A DNA stretch of 64,000 nucleotides from an uncultured Gammaproteobacteria bacterium (lineage in GTDB: Bacteria > Patescibacteriota > Microgenomatia > Daviesbacterales > UBA10151). Of the stretch, positions 1-9,937 are shown one piece after another. The stretch spans positions 30,788-94,787 of the forward strand of contig CAYQAW010000003.1 of the NCBI GenBank assembly GCA_964415615.1. Direction: 5' to 3'. Below the pieces are notes generated by a model. It had not been told where the DNA came from and ran no database searches. It worked only from the letters and a program-made list of their open reading frames with translations. Within the stretch, counting starts at the first letter, position 1; each line of letters opens with the position of its first letter. Made by a program: the position numbers and the translations under genes.

Positions 1-980
1 AAAAAGAAGGCATTAAAGCTCACAGCGCTACAGAAATAGAAGGGTTTTTGGTAGAGGGAATTGGTGCAGAACAAAATTATGACGAAGATATAGGTTTTAA
101 GTTAATTTCTACAGGCGGATATTATCATTCTTTGCCGTTGGATAGATTGAGAAGGTTTATTGATGCAGCAGCAGAAGCCCAAAGAGCATTGGGTTTTGGT
201 AATGAAAAAGATCACCCTGAAGTTGCACCATCTCAATTTGAGTTAAACTTTGGTTATACAGAGACGGTAAGAGCTTGTGATCAAATACAGCTTTATAAAT
301 TAGTTTGCAGGCAAGTTGCCAATAATATGGGTATGACAGCAACTTTTCTGCCAAAACCAATAGCCAATATTAATGGTTCAGGTATGCATACCAACTTTTC
401 TTTAGCCAAAAATGGCAATAATATTTTTTATCAGAAAGATGGACGGGATAGTCTGTCGGATCCTGCTTGGGATTTTCTCTATAAAATATTAAATCATGCT
501 CCGGAAGTCTGTTTAATACTAAATTCTTCAGTAAATGCCTACAGAAGATTAGATCCCCATTTTGAAGCTCCGAATCAGATTAAAGTTTCTTCGGTTGATA
601 GAGGTTCCATGATTAGAATTCCTGCAGGAAATGAGAAAACAGCCAGGATTGAAATTAGATCTGTAGCACCTGATGCAAATCCTTATCTGGCTCTTTACAC
701 AGTTCTAAGAACTGGGTTGGAAGGTAAGAAATTAAGCCGTTCTAAAGACAAGAGAGACAGGCTAAGATTTTTACCAGGAAATTTATATGATGCGATTAGG
801 CTATTTAAAACAAGTGATTTTATGGGAAAAATTCTGGGTGAAGAAAATAAACAAAAATATATATCCTTTAAAGAAGCAATTGCAGATAGAAGTCCTAAGG
901 AGTTGGGAAGTAAAGTCAAGACATCTGAAATTATTTATCACCATGAAGTTACCAATCAAGTACTGTGGAATAATTTTTGA
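1..980 (+). CDS. glnA: Glutamine synthetase (type I-like), 5'-truncated by window edge
   Basis: Frame open from position 3 (KEGIKAHSATEIEGFL). Motifs HPEVAPSQFE, FLPKP..NGSGMHTNFS, NAYRRL.PHFEAP, RIEIRS..PDANPYL. Confidence 0.93.
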   Translation, partial: KEGIKAHSATEIEGFLVEGIGAEQNYDEDIGFKLISTGGYYHSLPLDRLRRFIDAAAEAQRALGFGNEKDHPEVAPSQFELNFGYTETVRACDQIQLYKLVCRQVANNMGMTATFLPKPIANINGSGMHTNFSLAKNGNNIFYQKDGRDSLSDPAWDFLYKILNHAPEVCLILNSSVNAYRRLDPHFEAPNQIKVSSVDRGSMIRIPAGNEKTARIEIRSVAPDANPYLALYTVLRTGLEGKKLSRSKDKRDRLRFLPGNLYDAIRLFKTSDFMGKILGEENKQKYISFKEAIADRSPKELGSKVKTSEIIYHHEVTNQVLWNNF

Positions 981-1056
981 GCGTAGCGAAAAAATATACT
1001 TTTACCCTTGGCAAAAGACTGTTTTTTCTTCAAAAAATAGTCCTACGGTTTATTTT

Positions 1057-1187
1057 TGAACCAGAATACCCCGTCAGCCCTTCGGGTCTGAGCCTCAGGG
1101 TCGAAGACTTGCTGCGGGGATGAATGGTTCGAAAAGAACTTGTCCCGTTTGCGGGATACCCCGCTGCTTGCAGCGGGGAGGGGTTCA
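1057..1187. repeat. GC-rich palindromic mini-element (REP / non-autonomous IS200-IS605-like) with a nested hairpin
   Basis: Perfect hairpin ccccgctgc-tt-gcagcgggg (1159-1178). Related copy ccccgtcagc...ttgctgcgggg (1069-1119) is interrupted by cttcgggtctgagcctcagggtcgaag. gaacca/tggttc inverted pair. Lies between convergent genes. Confidence 0.7.
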
Positions 1188-1190
1188 TTT

Positions 1191-2663
1191 TTAATCTGTA
1201 TAACCAAGCATAGGGTCTGTTAAATTAGTGTTAGGTGTTTGGCAGCTTTTTTGTATGCTTTCCTTTGATGGTATATTAACTGGAGGGGTGACTGCAATAT
1301 GACCAAATTTTTGTTTAGTTTTATCTGGAGAGAATTCCTCTGGAATAAATATATTGTATACAGGTACTTCCAGAGATGGATGAATTAAATGTATATTGTT
1401 GATATAAAATAGATACCTAAATCCGGTGTTTTCTCCAAGAGTAGTAATGTAGCTTATTCCTGCACAAGGATACCCTTTTTCTTTCATATCTTTATTAATG
1501 TAAGCTACCAGTGCTTTTTTTTCTAAATAGCCTTTATTGTAATAACTTTGGTTTATCATAAAATAACCATTTTTGATCACAATAAGTCCCAGTGCTGATA
1601 TTATTAATAATTTTCCTGCTTTAGAATGGTTATATACTAGATAAAATAGTAAGGAAACAATAATCAAAAATATGAGACTTATATTTGCAAAATAATATTC
1701 TGAAATAGGAGAGGAAGATAAAGAAAAGAAAGCAATGACTCCTGCAACCCAAAGATAGAGAGTAATTAATTCTTTTGAAGATAAGATTTTTTTCTTAGTT
1801 AAAATAAGCGCGGATGAAAGTATTAATAGTATAAAGACAAAATTACTGGTTAACTTAAATGATTGTGGCATAAAAAATAAATTATTAATATTTTTAGTAA
1901 TCATTTCCGTTACTAATTGAAGTTTATAAAAACCAGTTGGGACACCGCTCTTTGTAGTAAAGTTATGAATTAAACTAAAAGTTTGTTGAAAATTATGTCT
2001 TGCCTCAAAAATAAATAGAGGAAGTGAGGTAACGAAAAACGCTGTTAGAAAAATAAAAAATTGTTTTTTGGTAGGTAATTTTTTTGCAGAAAATATGACA
2101 GCCGGTACTGCAATGAGGGTTGGTATGAGAGCAATGTGAACATGCCAGATTAAGCCGATTAATATTCCCAAAATAGGGAGTACTCTTAAATTGCCTCGGG
2201 CAAATTGTAAAACTGTATAAAAATACCAAATAACCCAAAGATTTGTCGTTATAGTAGGCACTACCCATCGATCAGCGTTTACAGTCGAAAGTAAAATTGC
2301 GTAAAGACAAGTGGCTATCAGTCCAACTTGAGCGTTGAATAATTTCGACAATACAAAATATAAACTCAACATTGTTGAAAAGCTAATTATTATTGCCAGA
2401 AATATTGCTCCAACAGGATCCATTTGAGTTAATAGGAAAAAAGGAATCAATAGATAATAAAATAAAGGACCGATGAAAATACCTGGAGCAGAAGTTAGTT
2501 GGCCAATCAAACGGAAGTGGTGATTTACAACAATATCTTTGACAATCCAAGAATACAAGTCTGCGTCGTGGGCAAATTCAAATCTTTCAACAACTTGGTA
2601 AGTGCGGAAGAATAATCCGATTAGTAAAATCAGAACCAGAATTAAAAAGTGCAATTTACGCAT
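1191..2663 (-). CDS. GT-C fold glycosyltransferase (PMT/ArnT-like)
   Basis: N-terminal TM, FR..F..D loop motif, LIGQ.TS..GIFIGPLFYY, many TM helices. Confidence 0.8.
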   Translation of the reverse strand: MRKLHFLILVLILLIGLFFRTYQVVERFEFAHDADLYSWIVKDIVVNHHFRLIGQLTSAPGIFIGPLFYYLLIPFFLLTQMDPVGAIFLAIIISFSTMLSLYFVLSKLFNAQVGLIATCLYAILLSTVNADRWVVPTITTNLWVIWYFYTVLQFARGNLRVLPILGILIGLIWHVHIALIPTLIAVPAVIFSAKKLPTKKQFFIFLTAFFVTSLPLFIFEARHNFQQTFSLIHNFTTKSGVPTGFYKLQLVTEMITKNINNLFFMPQSFKLTSNFVFILLILSSALILTKKKILSSKELITLYLWVAGVIAFFSLSSSPISEYYFANISLIFLIIVSLLFYLVYNHSKAGKLLIISALGLIVIKNGYFMINQSYYNKGYLEKKALVAYINKDMKEKGYPCAGISYITTLGENTGFRYLFYINNIHLIHPSLEVPVYNIFIPEEFSPDKTKQKFGHIAVTPPVNIPSKESIQKSCQTPNTNLTDPMLGYTD

Positions 2664-2687
2664 CTAAATGATAGTATCAGTTGAGCT

Positions 2688-3431
2688 ATGTTAGTTCAAG
2701 CAATTAAAACCAGAAAATTTTTGCCACCCAAGGATGATTTATGGGACCTTTTATCTGCAATAAAAACTCTAAAAGAAAATTCTATAGTGGCAGTGACTGC
2801 TAAGGTAGTATCAATCGGAGAAGGTAGATGTATTTCTTCTTTAAAAACTACCAAAGATGAACTTGCCATGAAAGAAGCTGATAAATATATTCCCAGAGAA
2901 TTATCCCCTGGGGGACATATCTTGCATACAATTAGAAATAATATGCTGGTTGCTTCATCTGGTGTTGATGAAAGCAATGGAGCTCACTTTTTTGTTTTGT
3001 GGCCAAAAGATCCTCAAGAGTCAGCTAAAAAAATTTGGGACTTTCTAAGAAAAAAATTTGAAATTCAAAATTTAGGAGTAATCATAACTGATTCTAGACT
3101 AATTCCATTAAGACGTGGAGTTGTGGGAATTGCCATAGGGTTTTACGGATTTAAACCGTTGAGGGATTATAGAGGAAAAAAGGATATTTTTGGAAGAGTT
3201 TTTGAAATGGAAACATCAGATATTCCTGATTCGCTGGCTTCAGCAGCAGTTTTAGAAATGGGGGAAGGAGCAGAACAGCAGCCAATTGCTGTGATTACTG
3301 GTGTTGCTTATATAGAATTTAGTTCTAATAATTTAAGTGAAGATCTTAATATTTCTGAGAAAGAAGATATGTTTTATCCACTACTGTCTTCAGTTAAATG
3401 GCTTAAGGGTGGGAGCGGTAAAAATCAATAG
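2688..3431 (+). CDS. CofE-like gamma-glutamyl ligase (F420-0:L-glutamate ligase family)
   Basis: AVTAKVVSIGEG, SSGVDESN, GVIITDS..PLRRG..GIAIG, D.LA.AA.L.MGEG.E..P motifs. Confidence 0.85.
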   Translation: MLVQAIKTRKFLPPKDDLWDLLSAIKTLKENSIVAVTAKVVSIGEGRCISSLKTTKDELAMKEADKYIPRELSPGGHILHTIRNNMLVASSGVDESNGAHFFVLWPKDPQESAKKIWDFLRKKFEIQNLGVIITDSRLIPLRRGVVGIAIGFYGFKPLRDYRGKKDIFGRVFEMETSDIPDSLASAAVLEMGEGAEQQPIAVITGVAYIEFSSNNLSEDLNISEKEDMFYPLLSSVKWLKGGSGKNQ

Positions 3432-4320
3432 TTTTCCGTAAACCTTCGTCCAAATCTACTTCTGCTTTCCAGCCTAATTCTTTTTTAATTTTCTCGGCTG
3501 ATGCTACCAAAGAAGGTACATCTCCTTTTCTTTCACCCTTGTCATCTATAGGAACTTCGTATCCAACAATTTGGAAAATTTTCTTGACTACATCAATTAC
3601 TTTTATACCTGTCTGTGTTCCTACATTATATATATGTAAACCCGTAAGAGGTAATGAAAGAGCATGGGCCTGAGCCAAATCATCAATGTAAATGAAATCT
3701 CTGATTTGTTCCCCTCTCCAATAAAGAGGAATAGGCTTTTTTTCCAGAGTTGCTTTTATCAGGTTTGGTATAGCATGAGTTTCCGGATTATGTTCTTCGC
3801 CTGGACCATATGGATTAAAATAACGCAGAATAGTTACATCAAAACCAAATAAGTTATGGTAGAGTTTACAAAATTGCTCCATGGTGACTTTGGTTATTCC
3901 GTAGGGATTTTCTTGTTCACCCAGTTGATCTGCTTCTGTAAGAGGTAACTTATTTGGGATACCATACACACAAGCACTTGAAGAAAAAATCATTTTTTTG
4001 ATTCCAGTAACTTGCATTGCCTCTAAAAGTTTGACTGTTCCTACTATATTATTTTCTGTAAACTCCACAGGTTTTTTGACTGACTCACCTACTTCTATAA
4101 AAGAAGCCATATGTATGACAGCATCATGTCCAGGTAAAATTTCTTCCAGTTGTTTTTGATTACCTAAACTAATTTGGTGAAAGATTGATCTTGGGTCTAG
4201 TGAATTTTGATGGCCTTTTGATAGATCATCAACAACAGAGACTTGATGACCTTGATCTAAAAGCAGTCTTTGAACATGGCTGCCTATAAAACCAGCTCCA
4301 CCAGTGAGTAATACCTTCAT
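3403..4320 (-). CDS. galE: UDP-glucose 4-epimerase
   Basis: VLLTGGAGFIGSH, VGESV..P, FSSSACVYG, YGITK, LRYFN, RDFIYI.DLA.AH. Start taken at ATG 4320, 7 nt after TGtTAAAAT. Confidence 0.85.
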   Translation of the reverse strand: MKVLLTGGAGFIGSHVQRLLLDQGHQVSVVDDLSKGHQNSLDPRSIFHQISLGNQKQLEEILPGHDAVIHMASFIEVGESVKKPVEFTENNIVGTVKLLEAMQVTGIKKMIFSSSACVYGIPNKLPLTEADQLGEQENPYGITKVTMEQFCKLYHNLFGFDVTILRYFNPYGPGEEHNPETHAIPNLIKATLEKKPIPLYWRGEQIRDFIYIDDLAQAHALSLPLTGLHIYNVGTQTGIKVIDVVKKIFQIVGYEVPIDDKGERKGDVPSLVASAEKIKKELGWKAEVDLDEGLRKTIDFYRSHP

Positions 4321-4359
4321 GCAATTCATTTTAACATATATGTAGGATATAATCGGAAC

Positions 4360-5907
4360 ATGTTTAATAAAAGAAATCTCATTGTTCTATTGACTCTTAT
4401 ATTAATCTTTGTGTTTGGTTTTTGGTTAAGATATAGAAATATTGCTGATTACAACTTAATCTTTGATTATGATCAAATTGAAGATCAGTTCTATACATAC
4501 AGCCTAGTTGTAGATAGAAATTTGTTAATTATTGGACGAGCAATATATGGTGACCCCCATCTTCATCATGGAGTATTTTATTACTACTATAATTTTATCC
4601 CTTTTTTACTCTCCTCGGGAAATTTCATGGTCAGCACTTATTGGAATATTTTTTTTAATGCAACAACGGCTATTATTCTTTTTATTTTTGCTAGATTAAT
4701 GTTTAAGAAAAACTTACCAGGTTTTATAGCTGCAGTAATTGCTGCTTCATCGTTTGAGTTTATCAAATTTTCAAATTGGTTGACAATCGATACGGTAGCA
4801 ATTTTTTTAGTCCCCCTTTTTTTTCTTGGTTTATGGAGCTATTTTCAAGACAGAAAATGGGGTTTGATATTGTCTCTGATAAGTTTAGGATTGGCTATTC
4901 AAACTGATTTATCTTTTTTATATTTGATACCGATTATTTTAATCTATTGGTTTATTTTTAGACCAAGGATTCCTTCCTTTCAATTAGCTCTTTTTTCAGT
5001 TCTGGCTTTTACCGCTGTAACTTTTACTTTAATACTTACAGAAATAAAGTTAAATTTTGCCGGAGTAAAAACATTAATTAATTTTTCTAATGTTTTTGAA
5101 GAAGCGCATCTAACTTATATAGAAAGAGTAAATTTTTTCTTTAAGGACTTTATCAAAGATTTTACAAATAATCTATTTCCACAAAAACCAGAACTCGGCA
5201 TCTTTTTGACAGGAAGCATTATTTTAGTTATCCTTTACTACTTGTTTTCTAAAAAAACTACAAAATTAGAAAGACAAAGCATTTATTTCTTGCTATTGTA
5301 TTTGTTCGCCCCGGCCATTACTTTGCTGACTGGATATCATAATAAACCATGGTTTTTAATCGGTTTACCGCCCGCTATAGCTTTGATTATCGGATATGCT
5401 ATTTCAAAATTTAACCTACTTATAGTAATACCAATAGTATTTTTAATAATGGGGAATAGCGTCAGTATGATATTACAGAGACCTAATGAGTCGTATAAAC
5501 TATTTGATAATATTTATGATTCAACATCTTATCTAAAATATCAATTACAAGTTGTTGATTATACCTATAAGGAGTCTCAAGGTCGCCCATTTTCTATAAA
5601 TGCAGTGACCTACCCACTTTATTATAATGGCTTATGGGCGTATCTTTATTACTGGTACGGTAAAGGGAAATATAAATATTTACCCGACTGGTTGGGTGGG
5701 GATCAATTGCATCCTTACAATTTATTAACAAAATCGCAGGAAGATGAGCAAATCTTTTATATGATTATTAGTGATACTTCAAGAATACCAGATGTGTATA
5801 AAAATCAAGGAAAAGTCTGGGCTGTGGAACACGGAAGATTAATCGAAGAAAAAAAATTTAATGGATTTACAATATTAAAAATGGAAAGAAAAAATGAATC
5901 AATCTGA
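4360..5907 (+). CDS. GT-C fold glycosyltransferase
   Basis: LR...F.YDQIED loop, HHGVFYYY, multi-TM with C-terminal soluble domain. Confidence 0.8.
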   Translation: MFNKRNLIVLLTLILIFVFGFWLRYRNIADYNLIFDYDQIEDQFYTYSLVVDRNLLIIGRAIYGDPHLHHGVFYYYYNFIPFLLSSGNFMVSTYWNIFFNATTAIILFIFARLMFKKNLPGFIAAVIAASSFEFIKFSNWLTIDTVAIFLVPLFFLGLWSYFQDRKWGLILSLISLGLAIQTDLSFLYLIPIILIYWFIFRPRIPSFQLALFSVLAFTAVTFTLILTEIKLNFAGVKTLINFSNVFEEAHLTYIERVNFFFKDFIKDFTNNLFPQKPELGIFLTGSIILVILYYLFSKKTTKLERQSIYFLLLYLFAPAITLLTGYHNKPWFLIGLPPAIALIIGYAISKFNLLIVIPIVFLIMGNSVSMILQRPNESYKLFDNIYDSTSYLKYQLQVVDYTYKESQGRPFSINAVTYPLYYNGLWAYLYYWYGKGKYKYLPDWLGGDQLHPYNLLTKSQEDEQIFYMIISDTSRIPDVYKNQGKVWAVEHGRLIEEKKFNGFTILKMERKNESI

Positions 5908-6550
5908 TCAGTTAAGAAACCATAAGTTATATAGAATTTGGAGTCAAGTTCCAGTTACCTATTATCAACAAGGGACAAAGAATAATTTTCTGCAAAGATT
6001 ATGGCATACTCATAAAATTAAATTTGCCAAACAAGTAATAAAGAAAATTCAATTTCAAAATTGTTTAGATGTAGGCTGTGCTAGTGGGTTTATGGTTTCA
6101 GAAATTTCCAAAACATTTCCCCATGCAAAATATTTTGGCATTGATATTTATGATAAAGCAATTGAATATGCAAGGAAAATGTATCCTAATATTAATTTTG
6201 AGAACGCCTCGGCTTCGAAGATACCTTTTAGAAGTAATTACTTTGATTTGATCTTATTCTATGAAACTATTGAACATGTTGAAAATCCAGTACAATGCTT
6301 GTTAGAGATTAAAAGAATACTAAAAAAAGACGGGACTTTAATTTTAACTATGGATTCGGGGAGTTTTCTTTTTAGAATAGTTTGGTTTATTTGGGAGAAT
6401 AGTAAAGGTAAAGTTTGGAAGAAAGCGCATCTGCATCCCTTTCATCATAAAGAGCTGGAAGAAATTATTATGGAATCCGGTTTTAAGATAAAAAGCAAAA
6501 CCTTATCTTTTCTTGGGATGGAAGTAACATTTGTATTAAATAAGAACTAG
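5894..6550 (+). CDS. Class I SAM-dependent methyltransferase (type 11)
   Basis: LDVGCASG motif I, GIDI, IPF...FDLI...ETIEHV. Confidence 0.9.
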   Translation: MNQSDQLRNHKLYRIWSQVPVTYYQQGTKNNFLQRLWHTHKIKFAKQVIKKIQFQNCLDVGCASGFMVSEISKTFPHAKYFGIDIYDKAIEYARKMYPNINFENASASKIPFRSNYFDLILFYETIEHVENPVQCLLEIKRILKKDGTLILTMDSGSFLFRIVWFIWENSKGKVWKKAHLHPFHHKELEEIIMESGFKIKSKTLSFLGMEVTFVLNKN

Positions 6551-6553
6551 TAT

Positions 6554-8044
6554 ATGTTAAAAATTGTAATATTGCTAATATTTTTTTCTTTCTTTTTGAG
6601 GATACTTTTTATTTATCAAGGATCAGTTTCATTTCATTATGATATGGCGAGGGATGCTTTTGCAGCGCAGCAGATTTGGAAAGAAGGACACTTAAAGATA
6701 TTAGGACCGCCTACTTCAACTCCTGGTCTTTTTCACGGTGTTTTATATTATTATTTGATTGCTCCTTTTTATCTATTGGGTCAGGGAGATCCTAGGGTGG
6801 TAGCAATTTTTCTCTCCTTTCTTAATTCCCTTACTGTTATTCCAGTCATGCTTTTGGCAAAAGACTTATTGAAAAGTAAAAAATGGGCTATTTTGGGAGG
6901 TTTTCTTTTTGCTGTATCATTTGAGTCAACACAATACGGGTCTTGGATTTCTAATCCAGCTCCAGCCCTGCTGACTGTTGCGTTATTTTTTCTGTGTTTA
7001 AGGAGTTGGCAAAAAGGAAATAAATCAGGATTATATTTAGCAGTATTATCAGCAGCGCTGTCTGCCCAATTTCAGTTTTTCTTAATATATTTATTTCTTT
7101 TGATTCCTTTGTTTGGAATTATTTTTGGACTTAAAGTTTCTTCTAAATCAGTTGTAATATCTTTTCTGATTACTGTATTTGGCATGGTAAATTTTTTTCT
7201 TGCTGCAATAAAATTCAATTCTGTTAAAAATATTTTTTTAGGCTTTCTAAATATTGGATCTGCAGGTCAAATTGATTTTAGGCCTCAATTTACAGATCTG
7301 TTTTTTAATTATATTAATAGATTTACAGAACTGTTTATTAATAATTTTTTTCCAACAAACGTTTTTTTAGGAGGAATTTTAGCAATTATTGTTTTGTATA
7401 TAATCAAACGGGAGCATTTGTTGCTTTTCTTTCTTTTTTCAAATTTGCCAATATTTATATTTGGAGGGCATACTAATACCTATGTAAATATCGGGCTTGT
7501 GGTTCCAGTAATCTTGTCAGTGCTGCTGTTATTACAGAATACTTGGAAAGTAAGTAAAGGATTAGTTGTGGTATTTCTTTTTTTAAGCCTAGTTTCTAAC
7601 ATGATAACGATTTTGAAATATAATCCAGATGGACAAATCATTTTAGTGATACCTAACGATATGATTTTGAAGAATGAGTTAGCATTAATAGATCAAACTT
7701 ATCAAATTGCTTCTGGTAAACCATTTTCGATAAGCACATTAACACTTCCTTTATGGACCAATACCACTTGGGCGTATTTATACTCCTGGTATGGGATGCA
7801 AAAATATGGATATGTACCAGCATTCTATGGGCACAACCAGATTGGTTTATTAGGGGTAGACTCATTGCAAAAGATAGATAAACCTCTAGAGAAAACTTTC
7901 TTTATAATAGAACCAGCAGATGGTATACCCTCTTCGTTTTATAATGAAGAATTAGATACAGAAAATAGTAAAACTAAATTAACTTCTGAAATAAGCTTTG
8001 GTTCTTTAAAACTTCAGGTGCGCGTTCCAAAAGCAAATGAGTAA
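6554..8044 (+). CDS. GT-C fold glycosyltransferase
   Basis: FHYDMARDA, ILGPPTSTPGLFHGVLYYY, multi-TM. Confidence 0.82.
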   Translation: MLKIVILLIFFSFFLRILFIYQGSVSFHYDMARDAFAAQQIWKEGHLKILGPPTSTPGLFHGVLYYYLIAPFYLLGQGDPRVVAIFLSFLNSLTVIPVMLLAKDLLKSKKWAILGGFLFAVSFESTQYGSWISNPAPALLTVALFFLCLRSWQKGNKSGLYLAVLSAALSAQFQFFLIYLFLLIPLFGIIFGLKVSSKSVVISFLITVFGMVNFFLAAIKFNSVKNIFLGFLNIGSAGQIDFRPQFTDLFFNYINRFTELFINNFFPTNVFLGGILAIIVLYIIKREHLLLFFLFSNLPIFIFGGHTNTYVNIGLVVPVILSVLLLLQNTWKVSKGLVVVFLFLSLVSNMITILKYNPDGQIILVIPNDMILKNELALIDQTYQIASGKPFSISTLTLPLWTNTTWAYLYSWYGMQKYGYVPAFYGHNQIGLLGVDSLQKIDKPLEKTFFIIEPADGIPSSFYNEELDTENSKTKLTSEISFGSLKLQVRVPKANE

Positions 8045-9554
8045 AGTTTCAGTTTTGATTATTATAATTTTACTTATTGGTATTTTATATAGGTTGATCC
8101 TTACAGCAGATGGAAATTTTCTATTTAATATGGATAATGCCCGGGATATGGTGGATGTGAGAGGAATGGTTGAACTGAAAAAGCCCAGGTTAATTGGTCC
8201 TACATCAGCAATTGAAGGGTTGTTTAATGGTCCAGCCTGGTATTATTTATTAAGTTTGCCATTTATTGTTTCCGATGGAGATCCATATGCCTCAATTATT
8301 CTTGAGATTGGACTTTGGGCAATAGGTGGATTTTTTCTTCTTAAATTAGTCAGCAAGTGGGGAAGTTGGTTGGTTTTACCAATAGGTTTTATTTGGGTTG
8401 TTTCAGATTATATTGTTTTGGCAACCCGCTATGCTTTTAATCCTAATCCGGTAATTTTTCTTACACCCTTATTTCTATACCTACTGGTTGAATATTTAAA
8501 ACAAGGGAAAGTAACCTATGGAATCCTTACGTGGTTTTTAGCAGGTTTATTTTTTAATTTCGAAATGAATTTTGGTATTTTTACACCGATAATAATATTT
8601 GCAAGCATCATCTTTACAAAAAACATTAAATTATTAAAACAGAAAGTATTTTGGTTAGGTATTGCTACTTTTATTATAACTTTACTCCCCCAAGTTATTT
8701 TTGACTTAAAACACGATTTTATTATGAGCAGGGCTATTTTAAGACACCTTTCAGAAAACTCCAGCGGTTCATTCAATTTTCTAATGCGTTTTCAAAATAT
8801 CTCTGCAAGTTTTTATAATACATTCTCAGCAACTTTAATGAATCATAAATTATTCACAACAATCATTTTAGTGTTTTTTGCACCAATGATTGTTAAATTT
8901 TGGAGAGAGCAAAAAAAGGATAGTTTAGTAACTGTGAGCCTTGTTTTTATTGTTGTTCCTTTTTTAGGATATTTAATGTTGCCGGTTACTGTTAATCCCT
9001 GGCATCTGGGTGCAGAGATGACTGCCTTGTTAATATTAACAGCTTATTTATTAAAAAATCTATTAGATGGAAATCTGTTTAATAAAATTGCTTCTCTTAT
9101 GCTTTCGGTTTCAATTGTTTGGTTTATTATTTTAAATATTAGTAATTTTTTCATAAAAGAATGGAGGAAACCTAATTTGGATCCTTCGCTATATAAAAAT
9201 GAAATTGCTGCTATAGATTATGTTTACCAAAAGGCAGGGGGGCAGAATTTTAAAGTATATACTTATCTGCCTTCAGTCTATGATTACCCCTATCAATATT
9301 TAATCTGGTGGTATGGAAATAAAAAATATGGATACATTCCAGGAGAATATGCTTATGCGCCAAACAAACCGCAATATATTCCCAGTCAGGATAAGTTTCA
9401 AGGAAGAAAAGATAATCTTTCAGGACTAGTCTTTTTAATAAAAGAACCTGATAGAAATGATACCCGTTCTGGTTGGGAAGGAGATTTTGTTAAATTAAAA
9501 GGATTAGATCGTCAAATGGTAGGACCTTTGGAAATAGAAATAAGGCGGGAATAA
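8037..9554 (+). CDS. GT-C fold glycosyltransferase
   Basis: FNMDNARDM, LIGPTSAIEGLFNGPAWYY, multi-TM. Confidence 0.82.
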   Translation: MSKVSVLIIIILLIGILYRLILTADGNFLFNMDNARDMVDVRGMVELKKPRLIGPTSAIEGLFNGPAWYYLLSLPFIVSDGDPYASIILEIGLWAIGGFFLLKLVSKWGSWLVLPIGFIWVVSDYIVLATRYAFNPNPVIFLTPLFLYLLVEYLKQGKVTYGILTWFLAGLFFNFEMNFGIFTPIIIFASIIFTKNIKLLKQKVFWLGIATFIITLLPQVIFDLKHDFIMSRAILRHLSENSSGSFNFLMRFQNISASFYNTFSATLMNHKLFTTIILVFFAPMIVKFWREQKKDSLVTVSLVFIVVPFLGYLMLPVTVNPWHLGAEMTALLILTAYLLKNLLDGNLFNKIASLMLSVSIVWFIILNISNFFIKEWRKPNLDPSLYKNEIAAIDYVYQKAGGQNFKVYTYLPSVYDYPYQYLIWWYGNKKYGYIPGEYAYAPNKPQYIPSQDKFQGRKDNLSGLVFLIKEPDRNDTRSGWEGDFVKLKGLDRQMVGPLEIEIRRE

Positions 9555-9937
9555 GAGCCTTCTTTTGTAATATTTATTTTTATTGTATGTTTAGGTAGTA
9601 TATTCTCAATTTTTTCTCCCCATTCAATTAAGACAATATTATTTTTATCTGAAAGTATCTCTTCAAGTCCTAAATGACTAAAATTTTCCGATCTGTATAA
9701 ATCAATATGACAAAAAACTTTTGATGTATCAGGAATTTTGTGCTGTCTGACTAATACAAAAGTAGGGGAAATAATTTTCTCTTTAATCCCTAATCCTTTG
9801 GCAAACCCCTGGGTAAAAATTGTTTTACCTGCTCCCAAGTTCCCAGTCAGCGCAAAGATATTACTTTGACTAACTTTAGCAAGTTTTGCGGCAATTGCTT
9901 TTGTTTCATCTTCTGAATGGGATATGTATTTTTGCAT
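9512..9937 (-). CDS. tsaE: tRNA t6A biosynthesis ATPase TsaE
   Basis: GNLGAGKT P-loop, SPTF, HIDLYR, LIEWGE. Confidence 0.95.
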   Translation of the reverse strand: MQKYISHSEDETKAIAAKLAKVSQSNIFALTGNLGAGKTIFTQGFAKGLGIKEKIISPTFVLVRQHKIPDTSKVFCHIDLYRSENFSHLGLEEILSDKNNIVLIEWGEKIENILPKHTIKINITKEGSYSRLISISKGPTI

